From positions 1 to 30,482 of IMG/VR virus record IMGVR_UViG_3300005259_000021: DNA of 30,482 bases. One strand, 5' to 3'. Positions within the stretch are counted from its first letter, which is position 1. Every line of letters starts with the position of its first letter. Below are positions 7,976-16,126 of the stretch, piece by piece. The notes under the pieces were generated by a model. The model ran no database searches. It worked only from the letters and a program-made list of their open reading frames with translations, and was not told the origin of the DNA. Source of the stretch: a virus. Taxonomy: Duplodnaviria; Caudoviricetes. The translations under genes and the position numbers were made by a program.

Positions 7976-9191
7976 GGCCAGTGGTGAATCGTGCCCCACT
8001 GCTACGCTGCAAATCTAGATATACCATAATAGCGTAGAACACTCTTATGCTTAAGGCGTACAAGTACCGGATCTATCCAACCAAGTCCCAAAGTACCATG
8101 ATGGAGAGAACCTTAGACTTGTGCCGCTGGACATACAACCAGACCTTGGCATATCGAAAAGATGCTTGGGAGAAAGAAGGCAAATCCATCTCAAAATATG
8201 AGACAAATGCGCTTCTCCCAATCTGGAAATCTGATAAACCGGAACTTAAAGACGTATATGCTCAGACCCTCCAGAATGTTCAGGAAAGGGTAGATCTGGC
8301 TTTCAAGGCTTTCTTCAGGCGGGTTAAGGCAGGCGAGGAACCCGGATATCCTCGATTTCGGGGAAAAGGTTGGTACGACTCGTTCACCTACCCACAACCT
8401 GAGAAAGGGATTAAGGTTCTTGCCGAAAAATTGCATGTTCCTAAGATCGGAGATATCAAGATCAAGCTGCATAGACAGATCGAAGGCAGGATCAAGCGTC
8501 TGACGATTCGCAGAGCTGCAACCGGGAAATGGTTTGCCTGTTTCTCGGTCGAGATTGAGGATCTGCCAAAACCTCCCTGGAAAGATGGGTCAATCGTCGG
8601 CATAGATGTCGGCTTGGCGAGCTTTGCCACTCTCTCAAATGGCGAGAAGATCCCCAATCCAAGGTTTTTCCGGGATGAGGAAAAGGAACTCGCTAGGGTC
8701 CAAAGGAAGCTCTCAAAAGCTGCTAAAGGTACTCTTGAGAGGAAGGCTGCCTTAAAGGTCGTTGAACGGGTCCATGAGAGGATTGCTAACAAAAGATATG
8801 AATTTGTTCATCAAGTCAGCCGGGGGCTAGTTAATAGATTCGGCTTGATCGCTTTTGAAGATCTGAACATCAAGAACATGCTTCAAAATCATTGCCTTGC
8901 TAAATCCATCTCGGATGTGGCTTGGAATATGCTTGTGACTGTGACATCTTACAAAGCTGAAAATGCTGGTTCGATTGTCGTCCTGGTAGATCCGAGAAAC
9001 ACTTCTAAGATGTGCTCAAGGTGTGGTATTCTGGTCGAAAAAACTTTGGCTGATCGAGTCCATAATTGCTCGGAGTGCGGGCTATCTCTGGATCGAGATT
9101 GGAATGCAGCCATAAACATTCTGAGATTGGGACTTCAATCTCTGCCAATCAACGGCTAGAAGCCCCGCCCTTCAAGGCAGGGAGAAGTCAC
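7976..9191 (+). mobile_element. IS200/IS605-family (IS1341-like) tnpB-only element
   Basis: Right end gaagccccgcccttcaaggcagggagaagTCAC (hairpin plus TCAC); left end inferred after TTTA (7972-7975); no tnpA. Confidence 0.7.
8047..9159 (+). CDS. tnpB: RNA-guided endonuclease TnpB
   Basis: KAYKYRIYP N-terminus, GYPRFR, RuvC residues in GIDVG / FEDL / DRDWNAAINI all intact, Zn ribbon CSRC..CSEC. Confidence 0.95.
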   Translation: MLKAYKYRIYPTKSQSTMMERTLDLCRWTYNQTLAYRKDAWEKEGKSISKYETNALLPIWKSDKPELKDVYAQTLQNVQERVDLAFKAFFRRVKAGEEPGYPRFRGKGWYDSFTYPQPEKGIKVLAEKLHVPKIGDIKIKLHRQIEGRIKRLTIRRAATGKWFACFSVEIEDLPKPPWKDGSIVGIDVGLASFATLSNGEKIPNPRFFRDEEKELARVQRKLSKAAKGTLERKAALKVVERVHERIANKRYEFVHQVSRGLVNRFGLIAFEDLNIKNMLQNHCLAKSISDVAWNMLVTVTSYKAENAGSIVVLVDPRNTSKMCSRCGILVEKTLADRVHNCSECGLSLDRDWNAAINILRLGLQSLPING

Positions 9192-9317
9192 AGGGAGTAC
9201 TTTGTCTGGGCCAAAAACCAAAGCGAGGCCAAGACCAGATTGGCCAGCCTGCCGAAAAGCCAGAATGCCTGCGAGGCAGATGGAGTGAAGATGGATGAAG
9301 GTTGAGAGGCTGATCTA

Positions 9318-9692
9318 ATGCACTACCCAGAAGGTCCATTCTTTTGCGATATCTGCGGCCATGGTTTTAAGTACATACATATAATTCGAGTGGTACCTCA
9401 TGAGAATTTCACCCGGATAATCTTACAGCTCCATTGTCATAACGAGAAAGCCCACGAGGTTATCCCCCATCTGGTCCGAATCTCGGCCTGCGTTGAGAAC
9501 ATTATTGCGCAGGATCTTGACGGACAGGGATGGATGCAAATTCCAGAGGCGGCAGTTCTCAAAGATTTCGATTACTACGAAGAAAGAAAACAGGACGATT
9601 TGATAGACAAAATGGGACCCTGCTATAAATGCCTTGATAATTGTCGTGACTGTCCGGAAATGCCAGATGGACCCAAGGCAAAAGAAGACTGA
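9318..9692 (+). CDS. Cys/His-rich hypothetical protein
   Basis: CDIC, HCH and CYKC..NCRDC motifs; RBS-like GAGGCTGA. Confidence 0.7.
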   Translation: MHYPEGPFFCDICGHGFKYIHIIRVVPHENFTRIILQLHCHNEKAHEVIPHLVRISACVENIIAQDLDGQGWMQIPEAAVLKDFDYYEERKQDDLIDKMGPCYKCLDNCRDCPEMPDGPKAKED

Positions 9693-9731
9693 GGATGTAC
9701 GCTTCATGAATAGCCCTGAGAGAAGAAATTC

Positions 9732-10137
9732 ATGACTGATGCCATCTTCTCGATCAAGCACCGCTACGCAGAGCGCATTTACAGCGGCCATAAGTGCGTG
9801 GAGCTGCGGCGGACGGCTCCCAAGACGCCCATAGAGAGAGCCTGGATCTACGAAACTGCGCCGGTAAAAAGGGTTACAGGCTGGTTTTGAGCCCGGCCTG
9901 ATTTATCCGGCGATGGACTGCGAGGCCCTCCTGGAGCAGTTCGGAGAGGAGAAATGCCTGGGGATAAAGGTCGCCGGGACCAAGGATGAGCGGCTCCTGG
10001 CGATGATCGAGGCCCTGGGAGACAGGCCTCTGCACGCAATCAGCATAGAAAGAGCCCAGAGGATAAGCCCGGTGGAGCTTCGCATCCGGCCACCGCAGAG
10101 CTGGATGTACTGCAAGAAGATGGCAACGCTCGGCTAA
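9732..10137 (+). pseudogene. ASCH/PUA-like domain protein with a one-base frameshift
   Basis: MTDAIFSIKHRYAERIYSGHKCVELRR...WIYETAPVKRVTGWF stops at TGGTTTTGA (9882-9890); removing one T continues to ...RPPQSWMY. Confidence 0.85.
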
Positions 10138-10139
10138 GC

Positions 10140-10175
10140 GTTTTCGATGGGTTACGACTTTTCAGTCATGGAGAC
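10140..10175 (-). repeat. CRISPR-like solitary repeat A (most degenerate, distal)
   Basis: Plus strand gttttcgatgggttacgacttttcagtcatggagac. Confidence 0.8.
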
Positions 10176-10196
10176 GTTATCTCTTCTTCTGCCATG

Positions 10197-11075
10197 CTAT
10201 TCGCCTTGACCTTTTTGATTTCGTTTAATGATTTCCCTTAGTTCATCTAGCGAAAGTACCTCGTCTTTCTTTCGGTGGATCATTCTATGACAGTTTGAAC
10301 ATACAACTGCCATTTCGGTTTTAGGATCAACATTAGTCTCTTTTTCGAGCGTGCTAACGGGCTTCAGATGATGAACTTCAATAAAATTTGCCCCTCGTTC
10401 TCCATATCTTTGCTTGAAATCGAAATCACAAGCCATACATTTGAACCCATGAATCCCAATTGTTTTTTTGCGTAGTTTCCTATTGCGTTCATAGAAATTA
10501 ATAAATCTTTGATCTATTTTCCCTTCAATTAACTTTTCTTTTTCTTCTTCTGCTAAAATCGAATCTAAATCTGCATCAATTGTTGATTCTAGAGATGAGT
10601 TGGTATTTTCGGGCACCACAATGAGCTTTTGATTATTGGACTTTTTTTCCTCTTCTATAGTTTTATAAACATTATTTAGCTTTCTTGTTTTATTTGGCTT
10701 ATCCAATTCATTCTTCAAATCAGATATACCCATTTTCATAGAATCGGCTACAGCATTTTGAATTCGTTTACATTCGGGGCAGCTCACATATCGCCGATAG
10801 CTATTGGGGTGAACCTGTCTGTGATGTTCTCGCCAATTAGGCATGTAATTGTTGCAGCAATCATCGAAGACGCATTCACCATATTTCTTGTTCTTGCAGT
10901 AGCTCCTGCCTTCTGGGAGTTTGTTTGATTTTCGCTCATATAATAGACAGGAAGCCCACGGATGATAATCAGGCTGGCCGGGCTTAGACTCTCCAAATTT
11001 GGCGCTCAATTTCTCCCAATCATCCAAATCGTGTTGTGCTGCTGCTAGTTTTCCCTTAAGGATTACTTCATCCAT
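10197..11075 (-). CDS. HNH endonuclease (McrA-like C-terminal domain) with Cys-rich N-terminal domain
   Basis: EGK...YERN..LR...CMACDFDF..RYG...FIEVHHLKPVS...CSNCHRMIH. Confidence 0.9.
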   Translation of the reverse strand: MDEVILKGKLAAAQHDLDDWEKLSAKFGESKPGQPDYHPWASCLLYERKSNKLPEGRSYCKNKKYGECVFDDCCNNYMPNWREHHRQVHPNSYRRYVSCPECKRIQNAVADSMKMGISDLKNELDKPNKTRKLNNVYKTIEEEKKSNNQKLIVVPENTNSSLESTIDADLDSILAEEEKEKLIEGKIDQRFINFYERNRKLRKKTIGIHGFKCMACDFDFKQRYGERGANFIEVHHLKPVSTLEKETNVDPKTEMAVVCSNCHRMIHRKKDEVLSLDELREIIKRNQKGQGE

Positions 11076-11115
11076 TGATTAATTCCCCGTATTCCCTGCC
11101 ATTGGTGCTTTGACT

Positions 11116-11151
11116 GTTTCAATGGAGCCACGACTTTTCAGACATGGAGAC
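11116..11151 (-). repeat. CRISPR-like solitary repeat B
   Basis: Plus strand gtttcaatggagccacgacttttcagacatggagac; 40 nt upstream of the HNH start. Confidence 0.9.
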
Positions 11152-11160
11152 AAGAAAAAA

Positions 11161-11707
11161 TTATGAGCTCATTGGACTAACGATAACGTTTCCCACCAAC
11201 TGCGATATCATTTCTTCCTGCCCTGTTGATGGACAGCTCCAGTAATCTCTCTCCTCGCTCATTTTGCGAGTAGGGAGCAGGTTTATATTCCAAACCTCCC
11301 ACCGAAGCGGATCTCCGGTGGAAACCACTGTAACAAGAGTGCTCTCACTCTTATTGAGAATGATATTACCATAATCCCTTGTTTTCACAAGGGTACCCGC
11401 TGGCCACGACACGAGAAACATGGTGTCATTGGCTGACCACCCGGCATTCAACATCGCCTGGTAGAAAGCGACAGGAGATGTGTTCCCCCTAACTTCAACC
11501 CTGGCAGCCGCGACTGTCCGCTTAAGAAAATCAACAGACGGTGGCGTCATCTCAATGCAGGCTTGAATGGTGCGGGTAGCGTTCTCGCCGAGATTGATGA
11601 CGGTTTTTTGCCACCAACTCTCTTGCATCGAAGCAAGGAGTAGCGTTCACTACGTTACTAATCAACAAACTAATTAACAAGCTGGCTAACAGATACGTTA
11701 CTTTCAT
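11161..11707 (-). pseudogene. Secreted paralog 4, frameshifted just after the signal peptide
   Basis: MKVTYLLASLLISLLISNVVNATPCF (ATG 11707) is out of frame near 11629 with QESWWQK...YQAMLNAGW...RWEVWNIN. Confidence 0.75.
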
Positions 11708-11723
11708 CTCTCTCATACCTCTT

Positions 11724-11841
11724 GTTTTCCATGAAAACTGAATTATCATGTCGGTAGATCTTGTTTCCCATCTGTCACGTATGAGCCCCAGCCCGGGCTT
11801 ATGGGCGTTTCAATGAGGCACGATTTTTCAGCCATTGAGAC
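11724..11841 (-). repeat. CRISPR-like repeat C (11807-11841) plus conserved leader
   Basis: gtttcaatgaggcacgatttttcagccattgagac; leader colinear with 12468-12553 and 15901-15984. Confidence 0.9.
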
Positions 11842-11876
11842 ATTTCTTTTCATACTTTCCTTAATAAAAGAAAAAA

Positions 11877-12446
11877 TTATGAATCAAAATATTCGGTCGC
11901 GTTAAACACGTCTACCGAGTATAAAGTGACTATCGCATTAGGGTCAGCCACTATTTTGTCGGTATCAGGGTCATAGTAGGCGTTGAATTCAAGGGGCATA
12001 TAAGCGTAAATACTATTTGGTGGGTTTGCATTATTAGCTTCCCATTTTCCATAAGTGTTTAAAGACGCTGTATAAACTGCTTCACCTTCCTGAACTGTAC
12101 CGCCGTTTAGCGGTTGAGTACCGTACTTACCGATTTTCATCGGTACTTTCTGCCAGCCATTTCTCCAAAGACTTGCTGCAAAATCCTTCGCAGAGTAATT
12201 GCGTTTTTCTGTAGCACTAAGCTTGATATACTCAGCATATGCAGATACTTGCGCCTTCGATAGATTCCCGAAACTATCAGGAATAACGAGTTCGCAATCT
12301 TCCGGTGCTTTTAGTGCGGGCGCCGCCTGAATAGTTAAGCCGTTTTTATAAGACATATCTATCAACCAGTCGTAACCGCAAGGAGCGGCAGCACTTAAAA
12401 AAATACTCAATAACATTACTATACCTACTGCTGCTACTAATCTCAT
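11877..12446 (-). CDS. Secreted paralog 3 (189 aa)
   Basis: GGAGGT RBS; signal peptide MRLVAAVGIVMLLSIFLSAAA; LNTYGKWEANNAN. Confidence 0.85.
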   Translation of the reverse strand: MRLVAAVGIVMLLSIFLSAAAPCGYDWLIDMSYKNGLTIQAAPALKAPEDCELVIPDSFGNLSKAQVSAYAEYIKLSATEKRNYSAKDFAASLWRNGWQKVPMKIGKYGTQPLNGGTVQEGEAVYTASLNTYGKWEANNANPPNSIYAYMPLEFNAYYDPDTDKIVADPNAIVTLYSVDVFNATEYFDS

Positions 12447-12467
12447 TTTCGAAACCTCCTGCTTGTC

Positions 12468-12590
12468 CAGTTTCCCATGGAAACTGAATTCATAATGTCG
12501 ATAGATCTTGTTTTCCATCTGTCCCATGTGAGCCCCTACCTGAACGCATGGGCGTTTCAAAGGGACCACGAATTTTCAGGTCATGGAGAC
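12468..12590 (-). repeat. CRISPR-like repeat D (12554-12590) plus conserved leader
   Basis: gtttcaaagggaccacgaattttcaggtcatggagac; the repeat supplies the last codons and stop of gene 12576-13064. Confidence 0.9.
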
Positions 12591-13064
12591 ATTAAACCGC
12601 TCCACCTTAAACGCTCTAACAGTATCAACGACGGTCGTTTTCCCAGTTATGGGACTAAACCACGCATCCAAATCTGCGGCATTTTTACCATATAGATTTG
12701 CGTTGTTCACTTCCCAATTTCCGTACTGGTTTATGGTTATCGTGATAAGGGTAGACCCTGTGCTGCCATCATCCCTGGTGTACCAGAGAAACCGCATTTC
12801 TTCTCGCCAATTTTTCTTATTTTTTAATTGTGTGGCGAGTTCTTCGTATGTAGTACAGTTTCCTCGCAGTTCCTCAACGTAGCTGATGAACTGCGACGAA
12901 GTGTTTTGGGGCGAAAGCATACATCTCGACTCCTCCGCTTGGGTGTTATGAAACCCCGTATACACCTTCTCTAATAACCACCCTCTGTCGCATTGTTGGG
13001 CGGTTGCGTTCGCAACTACTATCCCTGACAAAATAAATATAAGAGCTATTTTGCTCAATTTCAA
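12576..13064 (-). CDS. Secreted paralog 2 (162 aa)
   Basis: AAGGAGG RBS plus TTG; signal peptide ...IVVANATA; INQYGNWEVNNAN. Confidence 0.85.
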   Translation of the reverse strand: MKLSKIALIFILSGIVVANATAQQCDRGWLLEKVYTGFHNTQAEESRCMLSPQNTSSQFISYVEELRGNCTTYEELATQLKNKKNWREEMRFLWYTRDDGSTGSTLITITINQYGNWEVNNANLYGKNAADLDAWFSPITGKTTVVDTVRAFKVERFNVSMT

Positions 13065-13161
13065 TTACATTCCTCCTTAACGCGATCTTTCGCATCAACT
13101 AGCTATCGGCTCTCCAAATCCCACCAGCGACCGATGGGAATCACCAGAGACCCGCCGTATT

Positions 13162-13256
13162 AAATAAGGCTCGATGATCCGGGAGCAGGCCCCGGCTGCA
13201 ATCCATGCCTCCATAGATCGCTAGCGTGCTGTTGGGCGCTGAGCAGGCCATGAAGC
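13162..13256. repeat. 95-bp intergenic repeat, copy of 16032-16126
   Basis: Five mismatches in 95 bp by manual alignment. Confidence 0.92.
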
Positions 13257-13282
13257 TTTAGTCACACGGTTAAAAAAGAAAG

Positions 13283-13795
13283 TTAAGCGGCACAATCCCA
13301 CTTCCGAGATATTACCGACATATTCGTTTTTATACCGGCCACAGGATCATTTGGGATGTTGAAATGGATTCCATCAGAACCCTTCCACACTACGTTGACT
13401 ATGACCTCGCGCCCATCAATAATGGTACTAGTCACAAAAGAGTCGCCCTTTCCAATCATGTACTCCTTTATTACACCATTTTTTGTTACGGTGAATTTTA
13501 CACTATCGAAATACGCACAACAAGAAGGATTTTTCAGCCCTGCGTCTCTGAAAGCTTTTTCGATCTCTGTTGCATTTGGTGCTCCATCATGTCCATAATA
13601 CAACTTAGACCAGGCTTCAGCCCCTATCTTACCGATTTCGTCCAAATTTTGGGTCGTGCTGTCGTTTACGCAGGGATTATTGATATCTTCCCCACCACGA
13701 TAAGTTTCCGTAACGAGCTCTACAAACTGGCTTCCACTTACTGCACTAATACTTATTATTGCACTTATTATCAAAACTAAAAACGACTTTTTCAT
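13283..13795 (-). CDS. Secreted protein (170 aa), likely distant paralog 1
   Basis: GGAGG RBS; signal peptide MKKSFLVLIISAIISISAVSG; EKAFRDAGL. Confidence 0.8.
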   Translation of the reverse strand: MKKSFLVLIISAIISISAVSGSQFVELVTETYRGGEDINNPCVNDSTTQNLDEIGKIGAEAWSKLYYGHDGAPNATEIEKAFRDAGLKNPSCCAYFDSVKFTVTKNGVIKEYMIGKGDSFVTSTIIDGREVIVNVVWKGSDGIHFNIPNDPVAGIKTNMSVISRKWDCAA

Positions 13796-13814
13796 TAATC
13801 TTCCTCCACAGGGC

Positions 13815-13850
13815 GTTTCAATTGGGCCACGACTTTTCAGCCATTGATAC
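13815..13850 (-). repeat. CRISPR-like solitary repeat E
   Basis: gtttcaattgggccacgacttttcagccattgatac; 19 nt upstream of ATG 13795. Confidence 0.9.
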
Positions 13851-13902
13851 AGAGTAATGAAAGGACGCTTCATCCCAGGGATCTCTTTTCTTTATTAGAT
13901 AG

Positions 13903-14847
13903 TCACGAAGAAGGCAAATCAGCAACGAGACAACAACGGCATCCCATTTTACAGGTACATTCTTCATAAGGCAGTTCAGGCACTTTATTTATTGAATAAG
14001 TATTATTCTTTAATTCCCTGCAATGCTCACATGCATTATCGGCAACGATAATCCTCGCTTTTTTGAATCCGCATTTTTTTAATTCATGCAAATTTTTTAA
14101 ATAACTTGGATGGAAAATTAACATTCTTGCGGCGGACTCAGCGCCAAGACTGGAGTCGATATGAAAATCTGGTGGTAGCCAGTTTTTTACATTCCTGCAA
14201 GAAAGGAGATACATCATCGCCGCAACGACTCGCAATGCATTAAGTTGGTGATCTTTGATATTTTTTAAAATTTTAGGCTTACTGGCAAAAATTTCTTTAA
14301 TAAAAGTCGAGTCATAATCAATCCCTGTAGAGAATACAGCCTGCTGATGATAAGAATTTGCAATTTGACATGCTTTATCTAATTCTAAATTCTGAAGAGC
14401 TTGGAATACCTGCTGTTCCACTGCCGATTTTTTCTCTTTCTCCTCGTCTAAATAGCTCGCAGAGACAGCCTCGCCTTTTTCTGAGCACTCAAATATCTCG
14501 AGTCCCCTTACCAACACCTCAACGCCTGTTGCATCCGCTTCGATCAGCCTTTCGATTAGGATGTCCTTCTTACCAGTGACTTTCAATCCTCGAGCCTTCA
14601 GCAGATCTTTTAATTCTGGCAGTTTGAATTTATGATCTAGCTTCCCATTAATTCCTGCGGGTTCTATAAATCCATTGTCGATGAACCAGTCGAGAGCTTT
14701 CTTGGGCGGTTCTTTGAGTACCGTCTCCCAACCATCATCTTTCATGAAATCCTTGAGAGCATGTGGGTGAAGGAATCTACTCAAGAAGAAAAGGTGTGCT
14801 GGATCTTTTTCTCGATTGAAGCCCATGATTCTTTTCAAAAATTCCAT
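13903..14847 (-). CDS. SAP-domain protein with C-terminal Cys cluster
   Basis: FKLPELKDLLKARGLKVTGKKDILIERL is a SAP motif; CEHC...CTCKMGCRC. Confidence 0.8.
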   Translation of the reverse strand: MEFLKRIMGFNREKDPAHLFFLSRFLHPHALKDFMKDDGWETVLKEPPKKALDWFIDNGFIEPAGINGKLDHKFKLPELKDLLKARGLKVTGKKDILIERLIEADATGVEVLVRGLEIFECSEKGEAVSASYLDEEKEKKSAVEQQVFQALQNLELDKACQIANSYHQQAVFSTGIDYDSTFIKEIFASKPKILKNIKDHQLNALRVVAAMMYLLSCRNVKNWLPPDFHIDSSLGAESAARMLIFHPSYLKNLHELKKCGFKKARIIVADNACEHCRELKNNTYSINKVPELPYEECTCKMGCRCCLVADLPSS

Positions 14848-15076
14848 TTATCTCGCCCTCATGATTGTGATAAATAGCAGAGGAGAAAAAGATTTTGGCT
14901 GGCGTACCTTATGACTTTCTAAAAGTTCGCTAGAGGGGTCTCAGGAGGGTTTACTTTTTCACTTTCGTGCGCCTTAAACTCCATGCTCATCCAGAATCCT
15001 CTTCGTTACCTCTGCGAAGGATTCCCCAACGACTTCACTCATAATTGCCTGGAATAGTGATATCTCATACAACTGG

Positions 15077-15367
15077 CTAACCCCTGCTTGAATGTTCTAG
15101 CCTATCAAATATAGCCCTCGCTTCTTCCTCAGCGCGGGATCTCTTCAGCTCTAAATCCTTTTCTGTGAGGAACTGGTCCATTTCAACCCAGCCAGTCTGA
15201 TCTTGGTGGATCAAATATAGGAAATCCAAGAACATCTGCTCGTTAAGCTCATGCTTGCCATGCATGCTATCTTCAACGATAGCATATGTGCCCAATCGTT
15301 TTTTATCTGGAAGCTTATATCTCTCAAAGATTTCAGCACTAAACGATAATCTCCTTCTTTTTACCAT
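15077..15367 (-). CDS. Hypothetical protein (96 aa)
   Basis: Protein-like composition and co-oriented with neighbours; no motif. Confidence 0.55.
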   Translation of the reverse strand: MVKRRRLSFSAEIFERYKLPDKKRLGTYAIVEDSMHGKHELNEQMFLDFLYLIHQDQTGWVEMDQFLTEKDLELKRSRAEEEARAIFDRLEHSSRG

Positions 15368-15531
15368 GAGAGTGATTTAATGCATCCCACCAACTGTTAA
15401 AGGTATTGCCGAGCCACCGTTCCTGGGCCGGCGTGCCAGATCCGAGAGGCAGCCTCGCCTTATTAGACTTGGACACCATGTAGATTAATGATGAGCACGT
15501 AGAACATAGAGGGAAAAGGAGGACGAAGATG

Positions 15532-15825
15532 TTAAGCCTTCCCAATTGCCTTCTTATACCGATTCATTGCCTTTCTTGCCGTCAAAGGCTCCTCGCTGTG
15601 AACAGTAAATGGGTTGCCGATTAAATAATAGCCTGCAGAATATTTTCCTCCACAGTGTGCCCCTCGATGCCCCCATTCGTTCGGCCCTTCGCTGCCTTCA
15701 GGCTTACCACCTGATCCATGCAGATGGATCTCGCCGCAATACGGACAAATAACGAATACATGCACTTTATTAGCCGCTATCACCGTTGCCGGTCTTTCAT
15801 TATCTAATTCGATTATATCGCTCAT
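15532..15825 (-). CDS. Small Zn-binding viral protein (97 aa)
   Basis: CPYCGEIHLHG...GHRGAHC; start taken at MSDIIEL because the upstream extension runs through the repeat leader. Confidence 0.7.
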   Translation of the reverse strand: MSDIIELDNERPATVIAANKVHVFVICPYCGEIHLHGSGGKPEGSEGPNEWGHRGAHCGGKYSAGYYLIGNPFTVHSEEPLTARKAMNRYKKAIGKA

Positions 15826-15900
15826 CTCTTCTTGCTCCGTGATAAAATCTATTTGATTATCAAATGAAAAACCTTTTGTCCGTAGAATCTTGAGCAGGTG

Positions 15901-16019
15901 AGTTTCCCATGGGAAACTGAATTTTGAAGTCGATAGATCTTGTTTACATTCTGTCTCGTGTGAGCCCTGCCTGGGCACATGGGCGTTTCAATGGGCCACG
16001 ACTTTTCAGCCATGGGTAA
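15901..16019 (-). repeat. CRISPR-like repeat F (15985-16019) plus conserved leader with a perfect 18-bp palindrome
   Basis: gtttcaatgggccacgacttttcagccatgggtaa; agtttcccatgggaaact at 15901-15918. Confidence 0.9.
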
Positions 16020-16031
16020 TTGGCAGCCGAG

Positions 16032-16126
16032 AAATAGGGCTCGATGATCCGGGAGCTGGCCCCGGCTGCGATCCATGCCTCCAAAGATCGCAAGCGTGCT
16101 GTTGGGCGCTGAGCAGGCCATGAAGC
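16032..16126. repeat. 95-bp intergenic repeat, immediately upstream (minus strand) of repeat F
   Basis: Matches 13162-13256. Confidence 0.92.

Noticed and set aside
8047-9159. TnpB as a Cas12f-like effector using the nearby CRISPR-like repeats
   Set aside because: It retains a typical IS200/IS605 right end and appears to be an independent insertion, and the repeats have class 1 (Cas6-type) features on the opposite strand. Proximity alone is not evidence.
12447-12569. N-terminal extensions in the ORF track for 11877-12569, 13283-13873 and 15532-15978
   Set aside because: They translate the non-coding repeat or leader; RBSs and signal peptides point to downstream starts at 12446, 13795 and 15825.
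14974-15545. ORF 15339-15545 and a possible frameshifted C-terminal extension of 15077-15367 (…IMSEVVGESFAEVTKRILDEHGV)
   Set aside because: No motif, RBS or homolog evidence available from sequence alone.
10140-16019. Canonical CRISPR array
   Set aside because: Repeats are 0.65-2.1 kb apart and degenerate, with no 30-40 bp unique spacers between adjacent repeats and no cas genes. Reported as CRISPR-like repeats instead.
10140-16126. Classical integron (attC array)
   Set aside because: No IntI or other tyrosine recombinase in the window, and the repeats lack the paired R''/R' box architecture spanning the whole site.
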